From a virus (taxonomy: Duplodnaviria > Caudoviricetes), in the IMG/VR virus record IMGVR_UViG_3300008262_000463, positions 1 to 59,708 of that record: a stretch of DNA of 59,708 bases. One strand, 5' to 3'. The notes below the pieces were generated by a model. That model saw only the letters and a program-made list of their open reading frames with translations. It had not been told where the DNA came from and ran no database searches. Both the position numbers and the translations under genes were made by a program. Positions 1-9,530 of the stretch are shown piece after piece; the first letter of the stretch is position 1; the number at the start of each line of letters is the position of its first letter.

Positions 1-119
1 CTAACAAATGGTATTTTACTGCCTAAAAATCCAATTACTACGCCTATTAATCCTACTAGTGTAACAGCATGAACTGCATATGTCAACCAGATATCAGGAA
101 TGAATGACAAATACCACAT
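1..119 (-). CDS. Partial membrane protein, possible i-spanin (Rz-like); runs off the window edge
   Basis: ATG at 119 reads MWYLSFIPDIWLTYAVHAVTLVGLIGVVIGFLGSKIPFV, a hydrophobic N-terminus. Not in the ORF track. Confidence 0.5.
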   Translation of the reverse strand, partial: MWYLSFIPDIWLTYAVHAVTLVGLIGVVIGFLGSKIPFV

Positions 120-120
120 T

Positions 121-450
121 TTATTTTGGTGCTTTTCTTGCTATCAATTTCATCAATATTGGATTTTTTCTTTTACGAACACCTGGTTCACCACCTGCAC
201 CGCCAGTACCAGCAATTGCGCCAGAACTTTGTACATTTGTAGGTGCGGCAGCCACAACACCATCTTCTTGAACAGGTACTCTGTGTAATTTGGCCAAATG
301 GTCCATAACCTCACCAGTAGAAGAAGAAATGTTTTTATTTAATTCTTCTCTTTCTTCATCTGATGGTGCTTGTTTTAATTTGTGTTTAAGATGGTTAAGT
401 TCGTCTTGTTTCTCAACAAACTTTTTAAATGTGAATATATCGTATGTCAT
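121..450 (-). CDS. Hypothetical protein, probably virion-internal
   Basis: FTFKKFVE leader resembles a capsid-targeting sequence; low-complexity APTN...GAIAG..GEPGV motif. Confidence 0.6.
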   Translation of the reverse strand: MTYDIFTFKKFVEKQDELNHLKHKLKQAPSDEEREELNKNISSSTGEVMDHLAKLHRVPVQEDGVVAAAPTNVQSSGAIAGTGGAGGEPGVRKRKNPILMKLIARKAPK

Positions 451-833
451 ATTTTCCTCAAAGCTTCTGCAATATCCAAATCTATTGCAATATCTGTTGT
501 GTGAATTGATTTGCCGTTTATACCTTTAACAACTTCAGGTAATATATTCAAATATAAGAGAAATGTTTTGAGAATATCATAATCTCTTTCATCAATTCTA
601 TAAAACAATATTCTTGATGTTGCTTCTGGTCCAAAAACATTGTTCAATAGAATGATATGATTTAATATCAATCTTTCTTTCAGAGTTTTTGTTATTTTAT
701 ATCTACGAAACAAACGCTTGAGGTATTTGGTTCGTTTGATGTCTCCTTCAAACTCTGACATAATACAATTTGGTGCTTCATAACACTTCATTGCATACAA
801 TAAAAAATTACTTTCATTCAAATCATCAAACAT
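447..833 (-). CDS. Conserved T4-like hypothetical protein
   Basis: MFDDLNESNFLLYAMKCY...ERLILNHIILLNNVFG is typical of aquatic T4-like phages. Start at MFDD chosen instead of the track start at 866. Confidence 0.7.
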   Translation of the reverse strand: MFDDLNESNFLLYAMKCYEAPNCIMSEFEGDIKRTKYLKRLFRRYKITKTLKERLILNHIILLNNVFGPEATSRILFYRIDERDYDILKTFLLYLNILPEVVKGINGKSIHTTDIAIDLDIAEALRKI

Positions 834-857
834 CAATTCAAGTCCTAATATTAAAAA

Positions 858-883
858 CGGAGACAACCGTTAGATTGTCTCCG
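858..883 (-). terminator. Hairpin, possible terminator
   Basis: CGGAGACAA..TTGTCTCCG inverted repeat followed by a T-run on the minus strand. Confidence 0.55.
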
Positions 884-919
884 CTGACATCAACATAAAC
901 CCTTTAAACGCATTACCTA

Positions 920-1579
920 TTAGGTAATTGTAATCGTTGCGTTTGAAGATGTTACAGAAGTTGCACCTGCTGCATTAACAATTGCACGAACCTTGAATGT
1001 TGTCAAGAATGTGTTAGCTGCGTTAGCTGTTAATGTTGCTGATGTATTTCCTGTGAAGAATGTTCCTGCTGTCGCTGTATTTGCCCAAACAGAACCATCG
1101 TTGTACTGCCAGTAGTATGTCAAAGTTGTTCCTGATGGTACAACAGAAGTTCCAACAGTAAATGTTACTGTGTTGCCAGCACCAGATGCAGCAGAACCAT
1201 TGGATGGTTGTGAAGTAATGGTGATGACTGCATCTTTGTATGTTGTATCTTCATCGTCGCCGTTCATTGTGTTCATTGCAACGAGAACTTCTTCTTGAAC
1301 ACGATTAGCACGGCCACCAGAACCAGTTGTGCGTAAAACCCAACCAGTATGTGCGCCTTTGTTTAGGTCAGCTGCAGCTTCTGCCGCAGATACGCCAAAC
1401 AGACCAATTGTTGCATTGACTGTATAGACATCTGCTGTTGTGTTGCTGAATAACAATGCAACGTTGGCAGCAGTAGGTCCTGCGGCCACAGCCTTAACTC
1501 CAGCTGCGTTGACAATTGTTGAATTTACAGCCCAATATGGTGCGTTGGCTGCATTATCGTTATTACCCCATGATGGCAT
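920..1579 (-). CDS. Virion structural protein with C-terminal Ig-like domain
   Basis: ITITSQP..VTFTV..TYYWQY..ATLT..VTSSNATITI Ig pattern; GWV..G.GGRA.RVQEEVLVAM motif; late promoter upstream. Confidence 0.7.
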   Translation of the reverse strand: MPSWGNNDNAANAPYWAVNSTIVNAAGVKAVAAGPTAANVALLFSNTTADVYTVNATIGLFGVSAAEAAADLNKGAHTGWVLRTTGSGGRANRVQEEVLVAMNTMNGDDEDTTYKDAVITITSQPSNGSAASGAGNTVTFTVGTSVVPSGTTLTYYWQYNDGSVWANTATAGTFFTGNTSATLTANAANTFLTTFKVRAIVNAAGATSVTSSNATITIT

Positions 1580-1611
1580 TTTTATCTCCTTTTAACCTCG
1601 GGTTATGTTGT

Positions 1612-1619
1612 TATTTATG
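1612..1619 (-). promoter_or_regulatory. gp55-type late promoter variant (CATAAATA)
   Basis: Variant of T4 TATAAATA about 30 nt upstream of the start at 1579. Confidence 0.6.
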
Positions 1620-1625
1620 TCTTTA

Positions 1626-3173
1626 TTAAACCGATTTCTTTCCGTAACCTTTTTCAAAGCCGTCTGGTGTGTCTGGTTTTCTGGCCAGTTGTGGATCAAT
1701 TTCCACATCATCACGCTTTTGACCGGTCATGGTTTTACCACCAGTCATAACGGCTTTTGCTTTAGGTCTTTTTCTGTCATCTCCTGCATTATCATCTTGT
1801 GACTGTTGTTTGTCACCTTTTTCAAAATCATACATATCTTCTTTCATATGTTTTCTTTTGTAGATGCTTTTGATAATGCGAGCAGACTTAGAATATTCTT
1901 TCTTCTCCATCTCATCAATCTGTTCAACTTCTTCATTCTTCATAGCAGCTTTACGGCGATCTATTTCTTTTTGCTGTGCTTCTATTTCTTTTTGAAGTCT
2001 CTTAGCTTCATCACCGTGTTCCTTTGCAGCTGCATCGAGTGAACGACCAGATAGTGCTTTGAATCTTGAACTAATTCTACCGTAAGCAGAAGATTCTTCC
2101 ATCTTACGAGATTCACGACCAATTGCTTTACTATAGTCTTGTGTAGATTTGTGTTCTGGTTTTGGTGGTGTAATTTCTTTGCCACTCAATACACTTTTTA
2201 ATCTAATGTTGTGACCACGAGCAGCATCTGAAGCTTGTCGTTTCATTGCATTTTGTTTATTGCGCTCTTCAATCTGTTCAATTTCTTCTTTGGCCATTGC
2301 CAAACCTTTTTCACGGCGTTTAATAATGTTTTGAGCCATATCTTTGTACTCACCAGATTTTGCGTGTGGTTTGAGCTGAGCAATTGTTTGTTTTGCTTTT
2401 TCTTTATATGCCGCTTTAGTTGCAGGACTAAGTTCATTTATTTGTGTTGATTCTTTATTCAATATTTGCCTATGATCTTTATCAACAACAATTCTGTGTT
2501 TGCTTATTAAAGACTTCAATATATCTTTTGACATTCTTCTTGTTGATGAATCAGATATACCAGAAACTTTTTTAATTGCACGATGAACAGCCGGCACAGA
2601 ACTCTTTTCTTCTGGTGAACTGTGTACACCCATAACTCTACTCAAATGTTGTTTAACATGATCGTGGTCTGATTGTGTTGCTGTGGGCAATTGATACACT
2701 TCTTTAATATTGGAAACAAACTCATAATCATCCATTGTTAAAGTGCCTTTGTCACGGATGCTAATTAACTTCTCAATAACTTTGTGTAGATCAGCATCAG
2801 ATTTAATATCTTCTCTTGCCAATTCTAACATACGAATAACAAGAGGAATATTTAATGTTACTGTATCTGTTTTATCTTTTGCTTCGTAAACTTCAATTGA
2901 TTCAAATTGATCTTTCGTATGATCTGATTTCCATTTCATGAACTCAGAAGATTTTGAATGTGCAACCTTAGTATTTTTAGGAACATATTCAGGATTAATT
3001 CCTCTCGATTTCAAATAACGAGATAACAAATCAGCTTCTGATGCACGAGCAGAAATTTCATCCAATTGTTCTTCACTAATACCGGCTTTTGCACCCCATG
3101 GATCAAGTGGATTTATTCCACTTTGACCTCTTGCTGGTTCAGGATTAATTCTAATTGCTTTTATTTTTTTCAT
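1626..3173 (-). CDS. Putative internal head polyprotein with EE(V/I)EQI(D/E)E repeats
   Basis: Highly charged modules separated by EEQLDE, ESTQINE, EEIEQIEE and EEVEQIDE. Confidence 0.6.
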   Translation of the reverse strand: MKKIKAIRINPEPARGQSGINPLDPWGAKAGISEEQLDEISARASEADLLSRYLKSRGINPEYVPKNTKVAHSKSSEFMKWKSDHTKDQFESIEVYEAKDKTDTVTLNIPLVIRMLELAREDIKSDADLHKVIEKLISIRDKGTLTMDDYEFVSNIKEVYQLPTATQSDHDHVKQHLSRVMGVHSSPEEKSSVPAVHRAIKKVSGISDSSTRRMSKDILKSLISKHRIVVDKDHRQILNKESTQINELSPATKAAYKEKAKQTIAQLKPHAKSGEYKDMAQNIIKRREKGLAMAKEEIEQIEERNKQNAMKRQASDAARGHNIRLKSVLSGKEITPPKPEHKSTQDYSKAIGRESRKMEESSAYGRISSRFKALSGRSLDAAAKEHGDEAKRLQKEIEAQQKEIDRRKAAMKNEEVEQIDEMEKKEYSKSARIIKSIYKRKHMKEDMYDFEKGDKQQSQDDNAGDDRKRPKAKAVMTGGKTMTGQKRDDVEIDPQLARKPDTPDGFEKGYGKKSV

Positions 3174-4082
3174 TTTACTTTTGTTCTGTCTTTAATTGCT
3201 TCAAAAGCAGCCTTAGCGATTTTTGTAGTACGATTCATTGGTGTATCACATTGTGTTTCTTCTGGCACACAATTAGGAACTTTTTTGCCGCCTTTGTTTT
3301 TCATGCCAACCATTTGATAACCCTTCCAACAAGGATCACCACCTTTTACTTGTGTGTTTTCACCTTCTTGTACAGTTTTTTCTTTAGCAAGTTTGGTTGC
3401 TGTTGCATACATTACTGACTTAGCACGTTCACCGTAACGTTGTTTGAAACCTTGTAAACCTTTTTTCATACCTTTGACAATACGCTCTTTTTCTTGTGTT
3501 TCTGGTTCACTTAAAGTTCGTTCTGTTACAGATTCAACTTCTTCTTTAAAAGGATCTACACCTTTCGAATACATTTTAGATTTAGCTGTTTCCATTCCAT
3601 GTATTCTTTTCCAATCTTTTTTTGTACCAGATCTCATACCGAGTTTTTCACCTTTTGCTTTCATATCTTTTAAAGCTTTGTTGTGGTAGGATTTAAGAGT
3701 ATTAGTTGAAAGTTCGTCAATCTGTTCAACTTCTTCATTCATTTGTTTCTTGTCTTTAATATATCTAATTGGTGTTGATGAATGAACTCCTGCTGCGTCC
3801 ATTACATGACGAACAGCATCATTATGCGATTTATGGTCGTATTCCATTTCATCATTTCTTGCTACAGCGTGAGCAGTTTTTTTTGTTTTATTGTGAACAT
3901 TGTTTTCTGTATCACCAATAAGTTTTGGTTTTTCACCTGGTTTTTTATGATAAACTTTATAAGCGTGTTGTGTGTGGTTTTTACCAACTTCACCATAAGA
4001 ATCTTCACTTGAACCTTCGTGATATTTGTGTAGATATACTGTACCGTGCATAGCATTTTCATCAATCTGTTCAACTTCTTCA
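1912..4082. repeat. Dispersed 20-27 bp direct repeat TCAATCTGTTCAACTTCTTCA encoding EEVEQID on the minus strand
   Basis: Copies at about 1912-1938, 2269-2288 (one mismatch), 3714-3740 and 4059-4082. Confidence 0.8.
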
Positions 4083-4729
4083 CCCATTCTTTTCTTTAGA
4101 GAGTGTTCAGCTGTTGATTGAGCATCTTCTTTGTCATCGTGATAAGATACTGGTCCTTCACCCATGTGTTTACCATCTTTGAAGTGATGAACTTGGTATT
4201 CATTATACTCTGTGTCTTTGTACACTCTTGCAGTATGTTCACCTTCTCCATGTTTAGAAATTAAACGCTTGCCGGCAGTTAAACTTTCTTCTTTAACAGG
4301 TTTCATCGCCTGTTTCATTCCTTGTTTAGCGAGGTGTCTAGCAACAGAAAATTGAACACCAAATTTACCGGCTTTTGCTGATGGATTTTTCTTTACTGGA
4401 TCTGGAGTAAATGGGGGTTCATCTTTACTTGCATTTTTCGCATAACTATTCTCAATAATTTTTGCAATCGCTTCTTCACCATATGTTTCTTTTTTCTGTT
4501 TACGCAAAATATCAAAGTCTTGAGAATCAATCTTATTGTTCTTGTTTTTATCAATCTTGTGTTGATCGCCTTTTAATTCTTCTTTTACTTCTTTTTTGTT
4601 GCGGAGAAGTTCAAAGTCATGAGCATCGATTTTTTTATTTTTATTCATATCGATTTTATGCTGATCGCCTTTTAATGCTTCATTGACAGCATCGATCATA
4701 GATTGAGTTACTTTTGGTTTGGTGAACAT
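3170..4729 (-). CDS. Putative internal head polyprotein with two EF-hand-like repeats and EEVEQIDE repeats
   Basis: LKGDQHKIDxNKNxKIDxxDFxxLR twice; EEVEQIDE twice; DPCWKGYQMVGMK..VPNCVPEE motif. Start at 4729 has a GGAGA RBS. Confidence 0.6.
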   Translation of the reverse strand: MFTKPKVTQSMIDAVNEALKGDQHKIDMNKNKKIDAHDFELLRNKKEVKEELKGDQHKIDKNKNNKIDSQDFDILRKQKKETYGEEAIAKIIENSYAKNASKDEPPFTPDPVKKNPSAKAGKFGVQFSVARHLAKQGMKQAMKPVKEESLTAGKRLISKHGEGEHTARVYKDTEYNEYQVHHFKDGKHMGEGPVSYHDDKEDAQSTAEHSLKKRMGEEVEQIDENAMHGTVYLHKYHEGSSEDSYGEVGKNHTQHAYKVYHKKPGEKPKLIGDTENNVHNKTKKTAHAVARNDEMEYDHKSHNDAVRHVMDAAGVHSSTPIRYIKDKKQMNEEVEQIDELSTNTLKSYHNKALKDMKAKGEKLGMRSGTKKDWKRIHGMETAKSKMYSKGVDPFKEEVESVTERTLSEPETQEKERIVKGMKKGLQGFKQRYGERAKSVMYATATKLAKEKTVQEGENTQVKGGDPCWKGYQMVGMKNKGGKKVPNCVPEETQCDTPMNRTTKIAKAAFEAIKDRTKVK

Positions 4730-4743
4730 TTTCTTCTCCGTTA

Positions 4744-5046
4744 TTAGCAGTTCCACTTGCGTAATGATTTGTTGATTCTTGAATCTGGATCTCTAGCAGT
4801 TTTAGCTGAGGTTAAACGCTTTTTCATTCCAGTCATTCTAGCACAGAATGATTTACGGCGATTAGCTGCCTTTGAGCCTGCTTTTAGTTTACTTGGCTTC
4901 GTTGTAACTGCCATAGAAAGCTTTGAACCTGGATTCTCACGGCGATACGATGCAATGCCTTTACGATTCAGACCACCTGATTCAGATTTGCCTTCTTTAC
5001 GTTGCCATGCGGCAGTTTCAGAAATGAATTCTTTAAACTTTAACAT
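4744..5046 (-). CDS. Conserved basic protein (DUF6321-like) with capsid-targeting-like leader
   Basis: MLKFKEFISE leader; AWQRKEGK..GGLN.KG..RRKSFCARM..SRINKSLRKWNC. Confidence 0.7.
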   Translation of the reverse strand: MLKFKEFISETAAWQRKEGKSESGGLNRKGIASYRRENPGSKLSMAVTTKPSKLKAGSKAANRRKSFCARMTGMKKRLTSAKTARDPDSRINKSLRKWNC

Positions 5047-6889
5047 TTTTCTTCCTCAACAATTTAATTTTTCCGTATGTATCTGAAATCTTTTGCATAG
5101 GTTCTTTATTTGAAGAACCCCCAAGTACACCTGCAACACCCATATCGTTTGCACCAGGATCATCTATTGCTTCGTGGTATTGTTTCTTCTTATGTTTCTC
5201 ACCACGAATTGCATCTTTAGACTTTTGTTTATGTTTACCTGAACCTGGTCCTACTTTTTGTGAAGCGTGTGCTACTGGATTTCTATGCTTACGAAAATCT
5301 TTAAATTCTTTTTGTTCTCTGTAGGTAACATCGCCCATTCCTGACATAGGGTATACTGTTCCCTGTTGGCGAGTATCGTATTCTGGTCCTACTCCGCCGG
5401 TTCGTATCGCACCACTTGGGTTACGAACCAGACGTTTTAATTTCTCTTTTTCTTTGTCCCGCCGGAAGTTGGTTTCTTTTGGCTCTGGCTGGACTTCGAC
5501 TGTGGGCTGCGAGGCTTCGTGGTACGTTTTGAAGGTGTAACCGCCTGTGGCTTTGATGTCTCCGTCTCGGACATCATCTTTTTTGTTGAGTTTTCGCTGG
5601 AGCTGGATTCCTGGGAAGAGCTCGTTGACTCGACTGGTTTTACCTTCAGAAAGTCTATAATCTTTTTTAACATTTCTATATTCCTTAAATAACGTATTAA
5701 TATTTAATGATTTACGGCGTTCTAACCATTCTTGTGCAGTCTCACCGACAATCTTTGAATCCAAGAACTTACTGGTGGATTCATACACTTCATGTACATC
5801 TTCCTCTTTAATTTCTCCAGTATTATCGAAAACCACAAATTTGGAAAAGACTTCATTAAAGTATTTAGTATTTTCTTGTGATCGTAACCACTTGTCATGT
5901 CTCATGGACTCGACCATCATCCTTGACAATAATGAGTTTCTTTCACGACTGGTTTCATTTGTGGTATCAACAAAAATCATCATTGTTCCATACCCCAAAT
6001 CTTCTAGTTCTTCTTTGATCTGCATGATGCGGTCACGGTCATCAGCAGGACCATTGATAATCAAAGGACCACGATTTCTGATGGCTTCTCTACGATAATC
6101 TCTTGTTTGTTCTGAGAGTTTTTGTTTGTCACCGAGATATTCTTGTGCCTGTACAAGATTCAATTCAACAATTTTAGATTCTGCAATTGCTTCACGAATC
6201 ACCACATCTTTACCAGAACCTGGCCCACCGGTAACAAATATTGCTCTGAATTGACCACGGCTATTATCTTCATTCAAACCCATACCTTTTCTGGTATCAT
6301 GCATGAGTTCTTTTGCGTGTTTATCGTCAACATGAGCAGGAACACCTTGTCTAAAGGATGCAAAGTCACGATTCTTTGCGTGTTCTCTCATCTTGGTGCC
6401 TGACATACCTTCTGCACCTTCGGAATCTGGATCACGATGGCCAGCAGAGATAACAGTTATCTTTTTAAAGTTATATGGAACATGACCTTCTTTATTTGGT
6501 TTTCCATTGTATTTGTTTAAACTATCGTGAAATTCTTTTACACGGTCAGAACCAGCAACCACAACAAGATGATCGTGGCCTGCTTTACTAAGTTTTTCTG
6601 CATGGTGGAATATAGATGGTTGTTCTTTTGACGCAGCAACAAAATTTGTACCTGGAGAATATTTCTGTAAGTGCTTTATTTTTTGTTGTGCTGTTAATGG
6701 ATTCTTTTTATTATCTTGAGAATGTGAAGCAATAACTTCATGATGTGCATTTAAACGAGCTGCGGTCTCCCTTACCTTATCGATCATTTTTAAATGACCT
6801 GTGGTGGGAGGATTCATACGGCCAAAAGCAATAACTGCTGGCTTCTTAAATTCTTCTTGTTCTTGTATTATATCTTTAAATGACTTCAC
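5033..6889 (-). CDS. Cytidylyltransferase-like (HIGH) nucleotidyltransferase fused to a P-loop kinase-like domain
   Basis: FGRMNPPTTGH, VVAGSDR and MSGTKMR motifs; Walker A GGPGSGKD; MKSFKDIIQE leader. Confidence 0.8.
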   Translation of the reverse strand: MKSFKDIIQEQEEFKKPAVIAFGRMNPPTTGHLKMIDKVRETAARLNAHHEVIASHSQDNKKNPLTAQQKIKHLQKYSPGTNFVAASKEQPSIFHHAEKLSKAGHDHLVVVAGSDRVKEFHDSLNKYNGKPNKEGHVPYNFKKITVISAGHRDPDSEGAEGMSGTKMREHAKNRDFASFRQGVPAHVDDKHAKELMHDTRKGMGLNEDNSRGQFRAIFVTGGPGSGKDVVIREAIAESKIVELNLVQAQEYLGDKQKLSEQTRDYRREAIRNRGPLIINGPADDRDRIMQIKEELEDLGYGTMMIFVDTTNETSRERNSLLSRMMVESMRHDKWLRSQENTKYFNEVFSKFVVFDNTGEIKEEDVHEVYESTSKFLDSKIVGETAQEWLERRKSLNINTLFKEYRNVKKDYRLSEGKTSRVNELFPGIQLQRKLNKKDDVRDGDIKATGGYTFKTYHEASQPTVEVQPEPKETNFRRDKEKEKLKRLVRNPSGAIRTGGVGPEYDTRQQGTVYPMSGMGDVTYREQKEFKDFRKHRNPVAHASQKVGPGSGKHKQKSKDAIRGEKHKKKQYHEAIDDPGANDMGVAGVLGGSSNKEPMQKISDTYGKIKLLRKKNVKV

Positions 6890-8061
6890 TTTCTAACCCT
6901 TAATAAATTTGCTTTTGCAAACTCTGAACGATTGACCAACTTTGTTGGTTCTCCTGCATGATTTACAACAAATCCTTCTGGACCTGTTGGCTTATTATCT
7001 ATGTGATGTTCCAAACCGCCTTGGTGTTGTTCGAGTGTAGACACCATTAGATTTTTTGCTTTTTGTAAATGATCATGCATCTGCAAAAGGTTATTATAGT
7101 GTTTTTCATTTGCAGCAATATGATTTATATGTGTTTTTGCTTCTGCTTCTTTTCTTGACTGTGCAACAGGTGTTTTTAATTTTTCTGATTGCTTAACATA
7201 TTTTGATTGTATGTGTTTTGCAAGACCTTCGGCAGTTGGTGTTTCATCTGTTCTAACTGTATGGTTAATATATGTTGCTAAATGATTACCATCACCACGG
7301 TGCATTTCAGTTGCCTTATACATAGACTTTTTGTTTGCATCATGTATTTTCTTGGCTTCTTCCATGTGATGGTTAAAAGTCTTTTGATCAGCGTCAGAAT
7401 AGTGTACTTGTTTTGTGTCATGTGCTACAGATTTTGTCCACACATCAGGATGATTTGTGAAATGATGTACATCTGGATGAGAATCTGCTGACATTGTAGA
7501 AATATCATCACCATGATATTGTGTATGCACAACCACACCTAATTTTGATTTTCTAACTTTGTCTGCTTCTTCACCTTTGGCGGTGTATGTGATTGTATTG
7601 GGTGTAAAAGATACGCCTTTGTGTCCCTTGTCTTGTTTGTCACCCTCCGAGAACATAAGGTCGCCTTGATATACACCAGATTTTGGTGCAACTTTTTTCA
7701 AATGCACCAATGCAGAATTTAATTTTTCTGCAAGACCAGGTGCATGACCATGGTTCTTGGCTATGTCTTTTGAACTATAGTTGATTTTGGGATTTACATT
7801 AAATGCAGATTTACTGGCTACAAAAAATTTACCAGTTTTAGGGTGATGTCCGAACACAACGGAAGGAGATCCGTCATATTTCATGGTGAGTGCAGAACTT
7901 TCAGAACCAGATTTGATGTGTTCGTGGGCTTGATGGAGTGCGTTGTAGGCGTGGTCGAACCCTTCTTCTCCGTGGAGTAGGGGTCTATCTTCGGCATGAT
8001 GTATATGTTTGAGCTGCTTAGGCTCGGCTTCTTCTCTCAGAAAAGACAAAAAAGAATACAT
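6886..8061 (-). CDS. ATP-dependent ligase-fold protein (DUF6267-like)
   Basis: KYDG (motif I), QGDLMF, EGFVV and TKLV motifs. Start MYSFLSFLREE at 8061 has an AGGA RBS. Confidence 0.65.
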   Translation of the reverse strand: MYSFLSFLREEAEPKQLKHIHHAEDRPLLHGEEGFDHAYNALHQAHEHIKSGSESSALTMKYDGSPSVVFGHHPKTGKFFVASKSAFNVNPKINYSSKDIAKNHGHAPGLAEKLNSALVHLKKVAPKSGVYQGDLMFSEGDKQDKGHKGVSFTPNTITYTAKGEEADKVRKSKLGVVVHTQYHGDDISTMSADSHPDVHHFTNHPDVWTKSVAHDTKQVHYSDADQKTFNHHMEEAKKIHDANKKSMYKATEMHRGDGNHLATYINHTVRTDETPTAEGLAKHIQSKYVKQSEKLKTPVAQSRKEAEAKTHINHIAANEKHYNNLLQMHDHLQKAKNLMVSTLEQHQGGLEHHIDNKPTGPEGFVVNHAGEPTKLVNRSEFAKANLLRVRK

Positions 8062-8106
8062 TGATTTCCTTCTAGAAATGCAACACACTATGGTTGCCAA
8101 TTTGCT

Positions 8107-8114
8107 TATTTATA
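8107..8114 (-). promoter_or_regulatory. Late promoter TATAAATA
   Basis: Exact T4 late consensus upstream of the ligase-like gene. Confidence 0.75.
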
Positions 8115-8184
8115 TCACATTTCACTTTATACCTTGGGACAGTACAAAGATTGGGTTTGATACATAGTAATCAAAATCTACGGT

Positions 8185-8892
8185 TTAATACCAGGTCGAT
8201 CCTTCAAAATCCAACCAGTAATTTTTCATTTCTCCTTTTCCTTTGAAAATATGGAACGGAGTGGTGTGTATCAACCCTCTACCAGAATAGTAGTATATCA
8301 GATTTGGTGGTGCTGGGTCAAGCAGAGATGCAAATATCGATGTTCCGGTTTCAGCACCTATGAAATATTCTGCGGTTTGTATGTGGTATAAATTTTCTAG
8401 AAAATCTGTGCTGTATCTCCAACCACGGAATTGGTAGTCGAGCGGTTTATTGATACAAATTATTTTCTCATAATCACTATATTTGTTTTTATCGTATTCT
8501 TCTATCAAAGTGTGAAAGAAATTTTGTGGCCAATTTCTATAACCATTGTATGGTGCATCAAACAAAGGACAAACAACAATCTTTTTTTGTGTTTTTTCTT
8601 TATTCTTTATTGTTGCAAGATCACCAGAAATTGCTCTGAAATCCCAAAGATTTATTCTTTTCCATTTCAAATCTTCTGTGCCTGGTTCGATAGAAAAGAA
8701 ATCAGTATTTTTCAACAAAAACTCATACATTTTTCTAACATAATCTTCTTGTGAGATAGAATCCTGTTTCATGTGAAACATTATATGTTCTGAATCTTTT
8801 TGTCTTAAAAACTCCACAGCATTGCACACAGCGAGGAGATCACCATTTCTTAATGGCCCACCAAAGGCACCCAAATTTACATTCAATATCAT
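8185..8892 (-). CDS. Glycosyltransferase-like protein (GT9/heptosyltransferase-like, weak)
   Basis: RNGDL, YRNWP and FIGAETG motifs resemble GT-B GT9; cluster context. Confidence 0.45.
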   Translation of the reverse strand: MILNVNLGAFGGPLRNGDLLAVCNAVEFLRQKDSEHIMFHMKQDSISQEDYVRKMYEFLLKNTDFFSIEPGTEDLKWKRINLWDFRAISGDLATIKNKEKTQKKIVVCPLFDAPYNGYRNWPQNFFHTLIEEYDKNKYSDYEKIICINKPLDYQFRGWRYSTDFLENLYHIQTAEYFIGAETGTSIFASLLDPAPPNLIYYYSGRGLIHTTPFHIFKGKGEMKNYWLDFEGSTWY

Positions 8893-9530
8893 TTCTTTGT
8901 GCCAATAACCGTTAATATGTTTGGAAGATTAGAATATGGTGTACGAATCGCATCCTCATCATTTCCAACATGGATAATTTTATAATCACAATGGGTCAAT
9001 AAATTTATTAGGCCATGACAATCAAAATGATGTATGTGTTCATTCTCTCGGCGGTGTTTCCAATTTCTAAAGAAATATGAACCTTGTGATTCATGCATCC
9101 ATGGTACAGACACACAAATATGTTTTATTTTTAGTTTGTTGATATATGTTGTTAAGTCTCTCTGTATTAGATGTTCTAATGAATCAAAGAATGTCATAAC
9201 ATCAACTTGAACATCTGTCGGTTCATTAATTTTAATTGCTCCATCTGGAACAGGATAATCTGATATATCATATCCATAAATTTGTTTTACTTGTTTTGTT
9301 TTATCACAATGTCTTAGAAAAGATCCATTGCCATAACCAAAATCACAAATAGAATTTATATTACCTATTTTATTTTGCAAAAGATTAAATCTCAATTCAG
9401 ACATTTTATCTGTAGTTGAATATGTGTCATATCGTGTCTCTGAATATACTTTGCTATAGTCTGGCATTGGGCCAGTTATAGTTCTTTGATACCAATGACC
9501 TTCTGCAATCTTCTCATAATTTTCAATCAT
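8889..9530 (-). CDS. Class I SAM-dependent methyltransferase
   Basis: DFGYGNGSFL, GYDIS and FFDSLEHL motifs. Confidence 0.75.
   Translation of the reverse strand: MIENYEKIAEGHWYQRTITGPMPDYSKVYSETRYDTYSTTDKMSELRFNLLQNKIGNINSICDFGYGNGSFLRHCDKTKQVKQIYGYDISDYPVPDGAIKINEPTDVQVDVMTFFDSLEHLIQRDLTTYINKLKIKHICVSVPWMHESQGSYFFRNWKHRRENEHIHHFDCHGLINLLTHCDYKIIHVGNDEDAIRTPYSNLPNILTVIGTKK

Noticed and set aside
1912-4082. CRISPR array
   Set aside because: Repeats are in-frame coding linkers, irregularly spaced hundreds of bp apart; no cas genes.
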